DNA of 59,183 bases, the filler included. It is 8 parts of 8 records of this genome, joined end to end, with 100 filler letters (N's around TTAATTAATTAA, not from the genome) between each part and the next. Parts side by side here need not be neighbours in the genome. Positions count along the whole stretch, not along the records: positions 47,908 to 53,124 come from SRR31147125_64051; positions 53,225 to 59,183 come from SRR31147125_64103; 6 more parts are not named here. One strand, written 5' to 3'. The notes beneath the pieces are model-generated. The model was given only the letters and a program-made list of their open reading frames with translations. It did not search any database and had not been told where the DNA came from. Positions 51,096-59,183 of this stretch are shown here, piece by piece. A program made the position numbers and the translations under genes. Positions within the stretch are counted from its first letter, which is position 1. Every line of letters starts with the position of its first letter.

Positions 51096-52685
51096 TCAGG
51101 TAACGGTCAGTTCGTCATGCCCTGTATTGAAAAAACCGACTATCTCCTGCAGCATCCGGGCCTGGGAGGTCAGTTCCTCCGCGGTGGAAGCCATCTCCTC
51201 GGAAACCGACGCATTCTGCTGGATCACATGATCCAGCTGCTGAAGGGCCAGGTTAATCTGTTCCGTTCCGGCATTCTGCTCCTTGCTGGAAGCACTGATC
51301 TCCTGGACCTGTTCTGCGGTACTCTGAATATCCGGAACCAGCTGTTTAAGCATTTCAACGGCCTTCCGGGCCGACTCCAGGTTGGACGAGGACATTTCGG
51401 AGATTTCGGCCGCCGCCTTCTGACTGTTCTCGGCAAGCTTGCGCACCTCGGATGCGACGACCGCAAAGCCCTTGCCGAATTCGCCGGCCCGGGCCGCTTC
51501 AATGGCCGCATTGAGAGCCAGAAGATTTGTCTGCCGGGAGATCTCCTCGATGATAGAGGTTTTTACGGCGATCTCTTTCATCGAGTCCATAACCTGTTCC
51601 ACCGCCCGGCCGGTCTCGCCTGCATCGGCTGAAGCTTTGACGGCAACTTTCTCTGTCTGAGCGGAATTATCGGTATTCTGCTGGATGGAGGATCTCATCT
51701 CCTCCATCGAGGCGGAGGTTTCTTCAACCGAACTGGCCTGCACCGAGGCTCCCTTGGCCACTTCCTGGGAGGTCGTGCTGAGCTGCAGACTCCCTGACGC
51801 GACATTGGAAGAAACACCCTTGATGTCGCCCACAATCTCCCGGAGTTTTTTAATCATACTGCCCATGGTATCCAAAAGCTGTCCGGTCTCATCCCGGCTT
51901 CTTCCCTGAATGTCCATGGAGAGATCTCCTTCGGACAGACGCAGGGAGACCCCCATAACTTCCCTCAGGGCAGAGAGGATACTGCGGATGATGAAGTAGG
52001 CGATTGTTCCTCCGGTGACGAGAGAAAACAGCAGAATGACAAAGATAGCGACAACCGCCCTCTGTTCGTCATGTTCGGCCTTCAGAAGAGAGTCATGGGT
52101 GAATTTTTCCACCTTGATCAGCAGTTCCTCCAGTTCATGGTCCAGTTCTTCTTCCAGCAGTTCGGTTTCCTTCGCCAGAACCTTTCCTTCCGCGAGATTC
52201 CCCTGTCTGTAGAAATCAAACACCTCATGGACATGGGACTCGTATTCCGCGTGTTCGTGTTCGATCACGATCAGAGATGCAGCCACCTCTTCTGCCTCAT
52301 TCCGGATCCTTTCGGTATGGGCAAGGGCGACCAGTTCCTCCGCCAGATGTTCCCCTTCCAGTATCTCCTCATCCACCATTTCGGACAGTTCGTCGAAGTG
52401 AACCACAGCCGCTTCGAAATCCAGAGCCGCTTCTTCATCGCTCAGTATCTCATCCGCCGACACCAGCGCCCGCTCAAACCAGATAGCCTGTTCCAGCTGA
52501 TGAATTGTGATCTCCGTAATGATTTCAATCAGAGGCATGTCTTCCTCGGCCAGCTCTTTAAGTTCCCGGCCGATATTCTGCATATTCCTTATTCCTGTCC
52601 AGCCGACAAAAACCATCAATAACAGCAAAAGGGCCACCATTGAATAGATCTTGGTGCCCAGTTTCATATTCAGTAAAAGGTTCAT
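51096..52685 (-). CDS. Methyl-accepting chemotaxis protein (four-helix sensor, HAMP, MA domain)
   Basis: Two TM helices, [45 protein letters not shown]. Confidence 0.95.
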   Translation of the reverse strand: MNLLLNMKLGTKIYSMVALLLLLMVFVGWTGIRNMQNIGRELKELAEEDMPLIEIITEITIHQLEQAIWFERALVSADEILSDEEAALDFEAAVVHFDELSEMVDEEILEGEHLAEELVALAHTERIRNEAEEVAASLIVIEHEHAEYESHVHEVFDFYRQGNLAEGKVLAKETELLEEELDHELEELLIKVEKFTHDSLLKAEHDEQRAVVAIFVILLFSLVTGGTIAYFIIRSILSALREVMGVSLRLSEGDLSMDIQGRSRDETGQLLDTMGSMIKKLREIVGDIKGVSSNVASGSLQLSTTSQEVAKGASVQASSVEETSASMEEMRSSIQQNTDNSAQTEKVAVKASADAGETGRAVEQVMDSMKEIAVKTSIIEEISRQTNLLALNAAIEAARAGEFGKGFAVVASEVRKLAENSQKAAAEISEMSSSNLESARKAVEMLKQLVPDIQSTAEQVQEISASSKEQNAGTEQINLALQQLDHVIQQNASVSEEMASTAEELTSQARMLQEIVGFFNTGHDELTVT

Positions 52686-52854
52686 AATCTGCTCCTTTAC
52701 TTCATCATTAATTATAGGATATTTTCCGGGATATCAGCGGAAAATCGCTCCCATGGCCCCCTTTTTACAAACAGAGAACACGCCTTACAGGAAATAACGC
52801 ATGACATCAATCCACTTCTCATTAATAGACAATATAAAGAATCTCTATTCTTTA

Positions 52855-52883
52855 TTGAAACCAATCATCCGGGGCTGTATAAT
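52855..52883 (+). promoter_or_regulatory. Sigma70-type promoter candidate
   Basis: TTGAAA-17-TATAAT upstream of ATG 52920. Confidence 0.6.
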
Positions 52884-52919
52884 GATCGAAATTTATTTTT
52901 TACAGAGGACTTATTCACC

Positions 52920-53124
52920 ATGAAAAAACATTCCATTCTCATTCTGTCTTGTATCTTTCTTCTATCTATTCTGTCAGGCTGCGAGGAGCAAGTGACCATC
53001 GATTCCCCCGAGTGGGCCATCGGAACCTGGTACTGTGACTATGGCTATGGTGCTTTCCAGAAACTGACAATTGAAAAAAGCGACATATATATCCGCAACA
53101 ACGCCGCCGGTGCGTATATCTCCA
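52920..53124 (+). CDS. Lipoprotein, 3'-truncated
   Basis: MKK, hydrophobic stretch, lipobox LSGC; PEWAIGTW. Confidence 0.7.
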
Positions 53125-53224
53125 NNNNNNNNNNNNNNNNNNNNNNNNNNNNNNNNNNNNNNNNNNNNTTAATTAATTAANNNNNNNNNNNNNNNNNNNN
53201 NNNNNNNNNNNNNNNNNNNNNNNN
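53125..53224. other. Artificial contig spacer
   Basis: N-TTAATTAATTAA-N, 100 bp. Confidence 0.98.
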
Positions 53225-53225
53225 A

Positions 53226-53474
53226 AGAGGCAACCGCACCCTTCTTGAGTATCTCCTCCGAAACGGAGCAGACCTCCGCGCCAGAGACAAACTAGGTAAC
53301 ACAGCAATGCATTATGCGGCAAGAAATGGCCGCAGAAAAGTAATCGACGAACTATTACCACTCATCAACAGGCGCAATAATGCCGGTCAGACTCCCCTTG
53401 ATGTTGCTAACCTTGCCGGTAAGCGTGACTTTGTTACCCAGCTGCTTGCAGCAGGCGGCAAAACTGGTAAATAA
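53226..53474 (+). CDS. Ankyrin-repeat protein C-terminus, 5'-truncated, not in the ORF track
   Basis: LLEYLLRNGADLRARDKLGNTAMHYAARNG...GQTPLDVA...LLAAGG. Confidence 0.85.
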   Translation, partial: RGNRTLLEYLLRNGADLRARDKLGNTAMHYAARNGRRKVIDELLPLINRRNNAGQTPLDVANLAGKRDFVTQLLAAGGKTGK

Positions 53475-53507
53475 CTCTACTTACCTACAAATTTTGATTT
53501 CTACTGA

Positions 53508-54191
53508 ATGAATGCATCTATGAAATTCCGCACACTTTTAGACATATCACTGCTTCTTATTTTTCTTCTCGGTGCAGGGTACGCTGCAAGTATCTATTTA
53601 GGAGAAGATAAAGTTCCTGAGGAGCTGCAGCTCCCAGACACACCATTAAAAAATGTAACTCCTAACTCTGTGGGAGATTCCGTTATATTACGCAAACTAT
53701 TGCAGACTATAGAGGATACCCGCCCGGGAGACACCGCAGATAACTGGTATCCGGAAGTACTCTCCAATCGCTGGAAGTACATCGATATCTATCAGAACAA
53801 CCAGCTATCAGGCAACATTAAGTCTCTTCAGGCCGAGTTCCCAAATAAAGAATTGCCAGCTTCAGCAGACTTTCATTTTATAGTCAATAATGGCTTTGGC
53901 GGAGAAGATGGAAGTGTTACAGTTACCGACCTATGGCTGCAGCAGAGAGACTCCACCCTTACAGCAGACAGAGAAAAGAATCATCAAAATATCAGGATAT
54001 GCCTCATCGGCGACTTTACCTCCCAGCCGCCGACACCAAAGCAGGTAGCCAGCCTCAAAGCACTGCTCAACTACCTCTATTCCTCAACAGCAATCAAGAC
54101 TTACAACACAAAATACCGTTCCCTTAATGCAAATAAAGAGACAGAACCTGTATATCTACCCCTGGCGAAGATAATAAAAACACGCTTCTAA
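53508..54191 (+). CDS. Membrane-anchored Amidase_2/PGRP-like protein, catalytically degenerate
   Basis: N-terminal TM; RWKYI, FHFIVNNG..GEDG, ICLIGDF...PTPKQVASL. Confidence 0.65.
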   Translation: MNASMKFRTLLDISLLLIFLLGAGYAASIYLGEDKVPEELQLPDTPLKNVTPNSVGDSVILRKLLQTIEDTRPGDTADNWYPEVLSNRWKYIDIYQNNQLSGNIKSLQAEFPNKELPASADFHFIVNNGFGGEDGSVTVTDLWLQQRDSTLTADREKNHQNIRICLIGDFTSQPPTPKQVASLKALLNYLYSSTAIKTYNTKYRSLNANKETEPVYLPLAKIIKTRF

Positions 54192-54349
54192 AGGGTACAA
54201 CGCAGTTTTCATATCTGACTCAGCTATGAAATTACAGCAGGCAGTTGCATAACCCTGCCAATATCAGATCAGCAACAGAGAAAGTGCAGTCGTAGAAACC
54301 CTTTCATGCATGTATACCCTACCTGATTATACTAATATAAACCTTTAAA

Positions 54350-55837
54350 CTATAACCAGCTTTTGAGAGCCGTGATACCATACTCCAATAACCATTCGGC
54401 TCTATCCTCACAATCTGCCTCTACATAACAGCGCAACTCCGGAGCATTACCACTCGGTCTGAAATGAACTATATCAGAACTTTCAAATGTCATACGCAAC
54501 CCGTCAGTAGTATCAATATCAGCCAGACGCCCGAGCTCTGGCAGGAAGTCTTCCATAGCCGCAGAACCACCCGCAGTAAGAGCAGCAATCTGCTGGCTGC
54601 TTATCTCAGTCGCCACACCCTGCAGTCGATCACTCCTGCTTATCCTCTGCGGCAGCATTGTTAACAACTCAGAAATCCTCACACCTTTCTTCTTTGCCAG
54701 CCCGAGTACTGCCAAGTGGACAACAACAGGATCACGAGTAGGCAGAGGAGCAAGTTCATTATTAAACAACATAAGCGGCGACATCTGCAGAAAACCGCCA
54801 TTGGCTTCATAACCGACAACTTTGCTGCTGGTATCACCATCATAAAGGCGCTGTAAGACTGCAATAACAAAGGGTGAGCCGATTCTGGTACGCTCAACAA
54901 TAGAAAACATCCCGCACTTTTCCACAGCAGTATTACTGCTTACCGGAGTAACAACAGAATCAGCTTTTAAAAATTCTGCAGTGAGTATCCCAGCGATATC
55001 ACCACGCAGCCATATTCCATTTTCATCACTGACAAGCGGCCTGTCACTATCTCCATCTGTAGAAACAATTGCAGTCAGATTTTTCTCCAACGACACCTTA
55101 CGCGCTAGATCAACATCTTCCTGACGTACAGCTTCTGTATCAACGGGAATAAATTTCTCACTCCTCCCAAAAGCAACAACCTCAGCCCCAAGCGCAGAGT
55201 ATAATTCACACATAATATCTCTACCAACAGCAGAGTGCTGATACACGCCAAGCCTGACACCAGCAAGAAAATCTGCAGGAAAGACCTCAAGCCAGCGCTT
55301 GAGATACAATTCTCTGGCAGCAGAACTCTCTTGCGGCACAACAGCAGGATTACTGAAATACCCGTCTATGAAGATATCTTCAGCAATCTCTACAACCTGT
55401 TCTTTGATACCTGCTTCGTCTTCTTTGAGAATCTCCCCTAACGGAGTATTATATTTTATCCCATTCCTGTCATCTGGAATATGACTCCCTGTCACCATTA
55501 CAGCAGGTATTTTCTCAGCCATTCCGTATAATGCTACAGCTGATGAAGGAATCCTGCCACAGTTGACGACTCCAAGCCCTTCCGCCTTAGCAGCCTCCAT
55601 TACTGCCAGCATAATCCTCTCAGTACTCGGCCTCAAGTCACCTGCAACAGCTATCTTCTCAAGCGGCTCTGCCTGTTTTTCAGCAACCCATTTATCTTTT
55701 AAATACTTGATAAATCCCAGAGTATAAGCATAACAGACCCTGTCAGTCATATCACTGACAAGCCCTCTAGCTCCGCTCGTACCAAACTTTACCCCTGATG
55801 ACTCCATCAGCTCTGCTATCTTTACACTTGCTTTCAT
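54350..55837 (-). CDS. manB: Phosphomannomutase
   Basis: KFGTSGARG, VTGSHIP, DGDSDR, GYEANGG, RPSGNAPELR; likely start ATG 55837. Confidence 0.9.
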   Translation of the reverse strand: MKASVKIAELMESSGVKFGTSGARGLVSDMTDRVCYAYTLGFIKYLKDKWVAEKQAEPLEKIAVAGDLRPSTERIMLAVMEAAKAEGLGVVNCGRIPSSAVALYGMAEKIPAVMVTGSHIPDDRNGIKYNTPLGEILKEDEAGIKEQVVEIAEDIFIDGYFSNPAVVPQESSAARELYLKRWLEVFPADFLAGVRLGVYQHSAVGRDIMCELYSALGAEVVAFGRSEKFIPVDTEAVRQEDVDLARKVSLEKNLTAIVSTDGDSDRPLVSDENGIWLRGDIAGILTAEFLKADSVVTPVSSNTAVEKCGMFSIVERTRIGSPFVIAVLQRLYDGDTSSKVVGYEANGGFLQMSPLMLFNNELAPLPTRDPVVVHLAVLGLAKKKGVRISELLTMLPQRISRSDRLQGVATEISSQQIAALTAGGSAAMEDFLPELGRLADIDTTDGLRMTFESSDIVHFRPSGNAPELRCYVEADCEDRAEWLLEYGITALKSWL

Positions 55838-56068
55838 TACTCTCTCCGCTTTGTTATTCTCAGACAATTCAATATTTAATAATATTATCCAAATATACAG
55901 GGTATAAATCAAGGACAGATATAAAGATATTACCATTCTATAAACTCGGAAAAATCGTAATATTAAGACTTTTTTACTTTGCATCATTACAGATAAAACA
56001 GTATATTAAATTTGTGGGACGATCCCACTAATAAGTTCAATTTATACTCTAACTAGAAAGGCGAACTT

Positions 56069-57397
56069 ATGAAAAAAACCTTCGTACTAGACACCAATGT
56101 ATTACTGCATAACCCTGAGTCACTCAGCCTCTTTGAAGAGAATACTATTGTACTCCCTATTACAGTTATTGAAGAACTCGACAAATTCAAGACTCATAAT
56201 GATGAACTGGGCAGGAACTCACGTCATGTAATCAGAGAACTGGATAGGCTCCGAAAGACTGGCGACCTCAGTAAAGGAGTAGAGACAGAACGTGGAGGTC
56301 TTATCATTATTACTCTGGAAAACTCATTCCTAGAAGACAAAGGATTCAGCAGGATCACTGCCGATAATAAAATCATCGGTGTAGCGTATCATATTCTAAA
56401 ATCATACGAAAAGGATAATCGTGATGAACCGGTAGTCTTTGTCTCAAAAGACCTCAATTGCCGTATAAAAGCCTCCGTTCTCGGTATTGAGACTCAGGAT
56501 TTTGAGAGCCAGAAGGTAAATTTCGACGAGCTGTATTCAGGTCTGCGTACTGTTACAACCACTGCAGAAATGATCGACAAACTTCATCACGAACACACGC
56601 TGCAACTGGAGGAAGAGGAACTCCTACCAAATGAATTTGTTATGCTCAAAGACGAAATTAATGATCATCACACGACTCTCGCCAGACATACAGAGAACGG
56701 AGTAATTACCCCTCTTTCCAATAAGAGCAAGAAATGCTATACTATATCCTCACGAAGTAAAGAACAGCAGATGGCTCTGGATTTACTCCTTGACCCAAAT
56801 ATCCAGCTGATTACCCTTGTCGGCAAAGCAGGCAGCGGCAAGACCCTGCTTGCCCTTGCTGCAGGCATGGAGATGGTTATCGAGCAGAGCCAGTATGACA
56901 AGATATCAGTCTCCCGCCCGATAATCCCTATGGGTAAGGATATTGGTTTTCTTCCAGGAACAAAAGACGACAAGCTCAATCAGTGGATGCAGCCTATCTT
57001 TGATAACCTGTCGTACCTGATAAGCTCTAAAGAATTCGATAAAGACACTATCGGAGCGCACAATAAAGTCGACAAATATATAACTGATGGTGATATAGAG
57101 CTTGAAGCCCTCACCTATATCAGAGGGCGCTCTATACCAAGACAATATGTAGTTATTGACGAAGCACAGAACCTGACACCACATGAAGTAAAGACGATTA
57201 TCAGCCGTGCCGGAGAAGGCACCAAGATGGTACTGACCGGTGACCCGTACCAGATTGACAGTCCTTACCTTGACGCAGAGAGCAATGGTCTGACTTATGC
57301 AGTGGAAAGGCTCAAGCACTCCAAGCTTCATGGTCATATCACCCTGAGAAAAAGTGAGAGAAGCCCGCTTTCCGAAGCTGCTGCAGAATTATTATAA
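56069..57397 (+). CDS. PhoH family protein with N-terminal PIN domain (PhoH2-type)
   Basis: VLDTNVLLH, SKDLNCRIKA, GKAGSGKT, IRGRS, IDEAQN, GDPYQID. Confidence 0.93.
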   Translation: MKKTFVLDTNVLLHNPESLSLFEENTIVLPITVIEELDKFKTHNDELGRNSRHVIRELDRLRKTGDLSKGVETERGGLIIITLENSFLEDKGFSRITADNKIIGVAYHILKSYEKDNRDEPVVFVSKDLNCRIKASVLGIETQDFESQKVNFDELYSGLRTVTTTAEMIDKLHHEHTLQLEEEELLPNEFVMLKDEINDHHTTLARHTENGVITPLSNKSKKCYTISSRSKEQQMALDLLLDPNIQLITLVGKAGSGKTLLALAAGMEMVIEQSQYDKISVSRPIIPMGKDIGFLPGTKDDKLNQWMQPIFDNLSYLISSKEFDKDTIGAHNKVDKYITDGDIELEALTYIRGRSIPRQYVVIDEAQNLTPHEVKTIISRAGEGTKMVLTGDPYQIDSPYLDAESNGLTYAVERLKHSKLHGHITLRKSERSPLSEAAAELL

Positions 57398-57415
57398 TTA
57401 TAATGACCCCATACT

Positions 57416-57448
57416 ACTGAAAAGCCTGATTCAAGGGCTTTTCAGTTT
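57416..57448 (+). terminator. Intrinsic terminator after the PhoH gene
   Basis: ACTGAAAAGCC/GGCTTTTCAGT followed by TT. Confidence 0.7.
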
Positions 57449-57553
57449 ATAATAATTACTCCATATCATCTAAAATATTTGCTTGACAAAAATGACTCCT
57501 TATGCGAATATTGAGAAATATGTTATGCAAAAATTATACTATAAGGAAATAAT

Positions 57554-58116
57554 ATGCAGGCTACTCAAGGTAAAATCGGCAGAGTCTTTGTGCTCCGTCT
57601 CAATGATGATGATGAACTCCCTACCTGTATCGAGGATTTTGCCAGAGAACAGGGAATCAACACAGGCTATGTTAATTTTATTGGCTGTATAAAAACAGGG
57701 AGAATTGTATCCGAGTTGCACAAGATGCAGGTGCAAGACCAGTAAAGACAATTGATATCGATATAGACAGTACTCATGAGACAGCTGCAATGGGTCTGCT
57801 TGCCCCAGATACTGAAGGCAACCCGATACTCCATATTCATGGTGTTTTAGGCAGAGATAACAATGTTGTCAGTGGCTGTATGCGTAAAGGAGTACAAGTC
57901 TGGATGACTGGCGAAGCCATTCTCTATGAAATATCAGAAGTAAGCTGTGTACGCAAACTCGAAGAAGAATCAGGTTTCCAGTTACTTCAGCTTAATGATA
58001 GAAAATCAAAACTTCCAGAAGAGGTAGAACAACCAGCATTCGCAGCCTCACAGGCAATAGATATTCACGATGGTCACAGCCATATTATCCATCTATTCAA
58101 TGCCTCAGTAAATTAA
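57554..58116 (+). CDS. PPC/DUF296 domain protein, apparent frameshift near 57712
   Basis: GRVFVLRL...IEDFA; adding one G gives IVSGVAQD...HETAAMG...PILHIHGVLGR. Confidence 0.8.
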
Positions 58117-58142
58117 TCTAATAATTTCAAATCAAATTAAAG

Positions 58143-58174
58143 AGAGCTTCTATAACAACATGTCATAGAAGCTC
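58143..58174. terminator. Hairpin between convergent genes
   Basis: GAGCTTCTAT/ATAGAAGCTC inverted repeat. Confidence 0.6.
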
Positions 58175-58211
58175 CCTTTAGTTATTCACTGTAAAATAAA
58201 ACAGAAACGCA

Positions 58212-59183
58212 CTATAAAATCGGGGCATCAGCAAGGACTTCCGCAATCCATTCTCTGAGTTGTGGCACACCAGCAACCCGCAAATCAACCCCAAGAACAA
58301 AGATATCCTGCTTATACCCTTCTGAAAGCACCTTACTCAGCTTTACTGCGTCTTTCTCAGTTATAACAGGCACGAGTGAACTATCAACTCTTGAAAGTGC
58401 TTTAGTGAACGAACCTGCAGAATATTCATTATGGTCAGAGAATTCTATAACATCCTGCACATCCGCACCAAGCTCACGCAGAGTCTGTGCAAATGCTTCC
58501 GGCTGCCCTATGCCGCTTACCGCCACAACCCGCATCCCCTGCAGAAAATCCAGATTATGCGTCTTGCCTGTCATATCATAAAAACGCGATGGGCGGTGAA
58601 CACTCTGCATAACTGCAACATTCGGAGAAATTTCTCTCAGCCTCTGCTGCGTCTTCTCAATCTCAGCAACAGTCACCTGATCAGCTCTTGTGAGTATGAA
58701 GAGATCAGCCCTTGTCAACGCCTTGAGCGGCTCACGCAACATCCCTCCCGGAAGAGTCCTGTTCCCACCAAAGGGCAGGTTGAATCAAGTAATACAATAT
58801 CCATATCCCGCATAAGTTTGAGATGCTGAAAACCGTCATCAAGCACCAGCACTTCGACCCCATCCTCTACCGCCTCAAAAGCAGAAAGCACTCTATTCTT
58901 CCCCGGATAAACCTTGACCTCAGGGAGTAAATTGCGATACAGAGTGACCTCATCTGATTCCTCAGGATTCTTACTGCCATACCCGCGAATCATAATTCCC
59001 GGTTTGATATTCATACTCTTGAGAAGCCTGCAGAGCATTATCACAAAAGGTGTTTTCCCTGTTCCTCCAACCGATATATTACCAACACTGATAACCGGCA
59101 CAGGCGGCCTGCAACGACAGATCAGGTTCTTCTCATATATCTTTTCTCTGCAGACCATCGCCAGCGAATAAAGACATGAAAAA
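58212..59183 (-). CDS. lpxK: Tetraacyldisaccharide 4'-kinase, 5'-truncated, apparent frameshift near 58770
   Basis: VISVGNISVGGTGKTP, RGYG, SDE, LDDGFQH, LREP, SGIGQP, FSDH, ITEKDAVK; one added T gives CPFGGNRTLPGGMLREP. Confidence 0.92.

Noticed and set aside
55838-55987. 50-aa hydrophobic N-terminal extension on phosphomannomutase
   Set aside because: AT-rich divergent promoter region; family similarity begins at MKASVKI (55837)
1-59183. CRISPR arrays, rRNA, tRNA, intact transposases
   Set aside because: None recognised by eye; short RNAs could have been missed without a covariance search

Overview
The window is not one locus. It is eight unrelated contigs joined by seven 100-bp N/TTAATTAATTAA/N spacers; taxon labels below are impressions from gene content and base composition. 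(1) 1-9155, Desulfobacterota-like: octaheme cytochrome c, cytochrome b, tungsten AOR, tandem USP and a nucleoside-type ABC transporter. (2) 9256-19691, Desulfobulbales-like: a Tat-exported Ser/Thr-rich protein with a RiPP-like leader, flanked by two HPr-kinase-like proteins, a nucleotidyltransferase, three sulfotransferases and a glycosyltransferase, then cls and a DUF900 lipoprotein. (3) 19792-25589, low-GC Firmicutes-like: catalase, GT39, MBL, GrpB. (4) 25690-31891: end of an Mrp-type antiporter operon, tandem cNMP-binding proteins, nitrilase-family protein, trkH. (5) 31992-40880: clostridial housekeeping genes radA, trxB, glmM, glmS, fhs. (6) 40981-47807: conjugative-element gene preceded by a highly structured non-coding leader and an integrase remnant, then MATE, membrane PPase and RpiR. 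(7) 47908-53124: a signal-less reductive-dehalogenase/QueG-like protein coupled to a NuoF/GltD-like oxidoreductase, plus an MCP. (8) 53225-59183: ankyrin protein, amidase-like protein, phosphomannomutase, PhoH, DUF296, lpxK. About ten frameshifts, mostly in homopolymers and including essential genes, look like sequencing errors. Best candidates for new biology: the protein-decoration cluster in contig 2, the double-pseudoknot leader RNA in contig 6, and the cobalamin/Fe-S reductase pair in contig 7.
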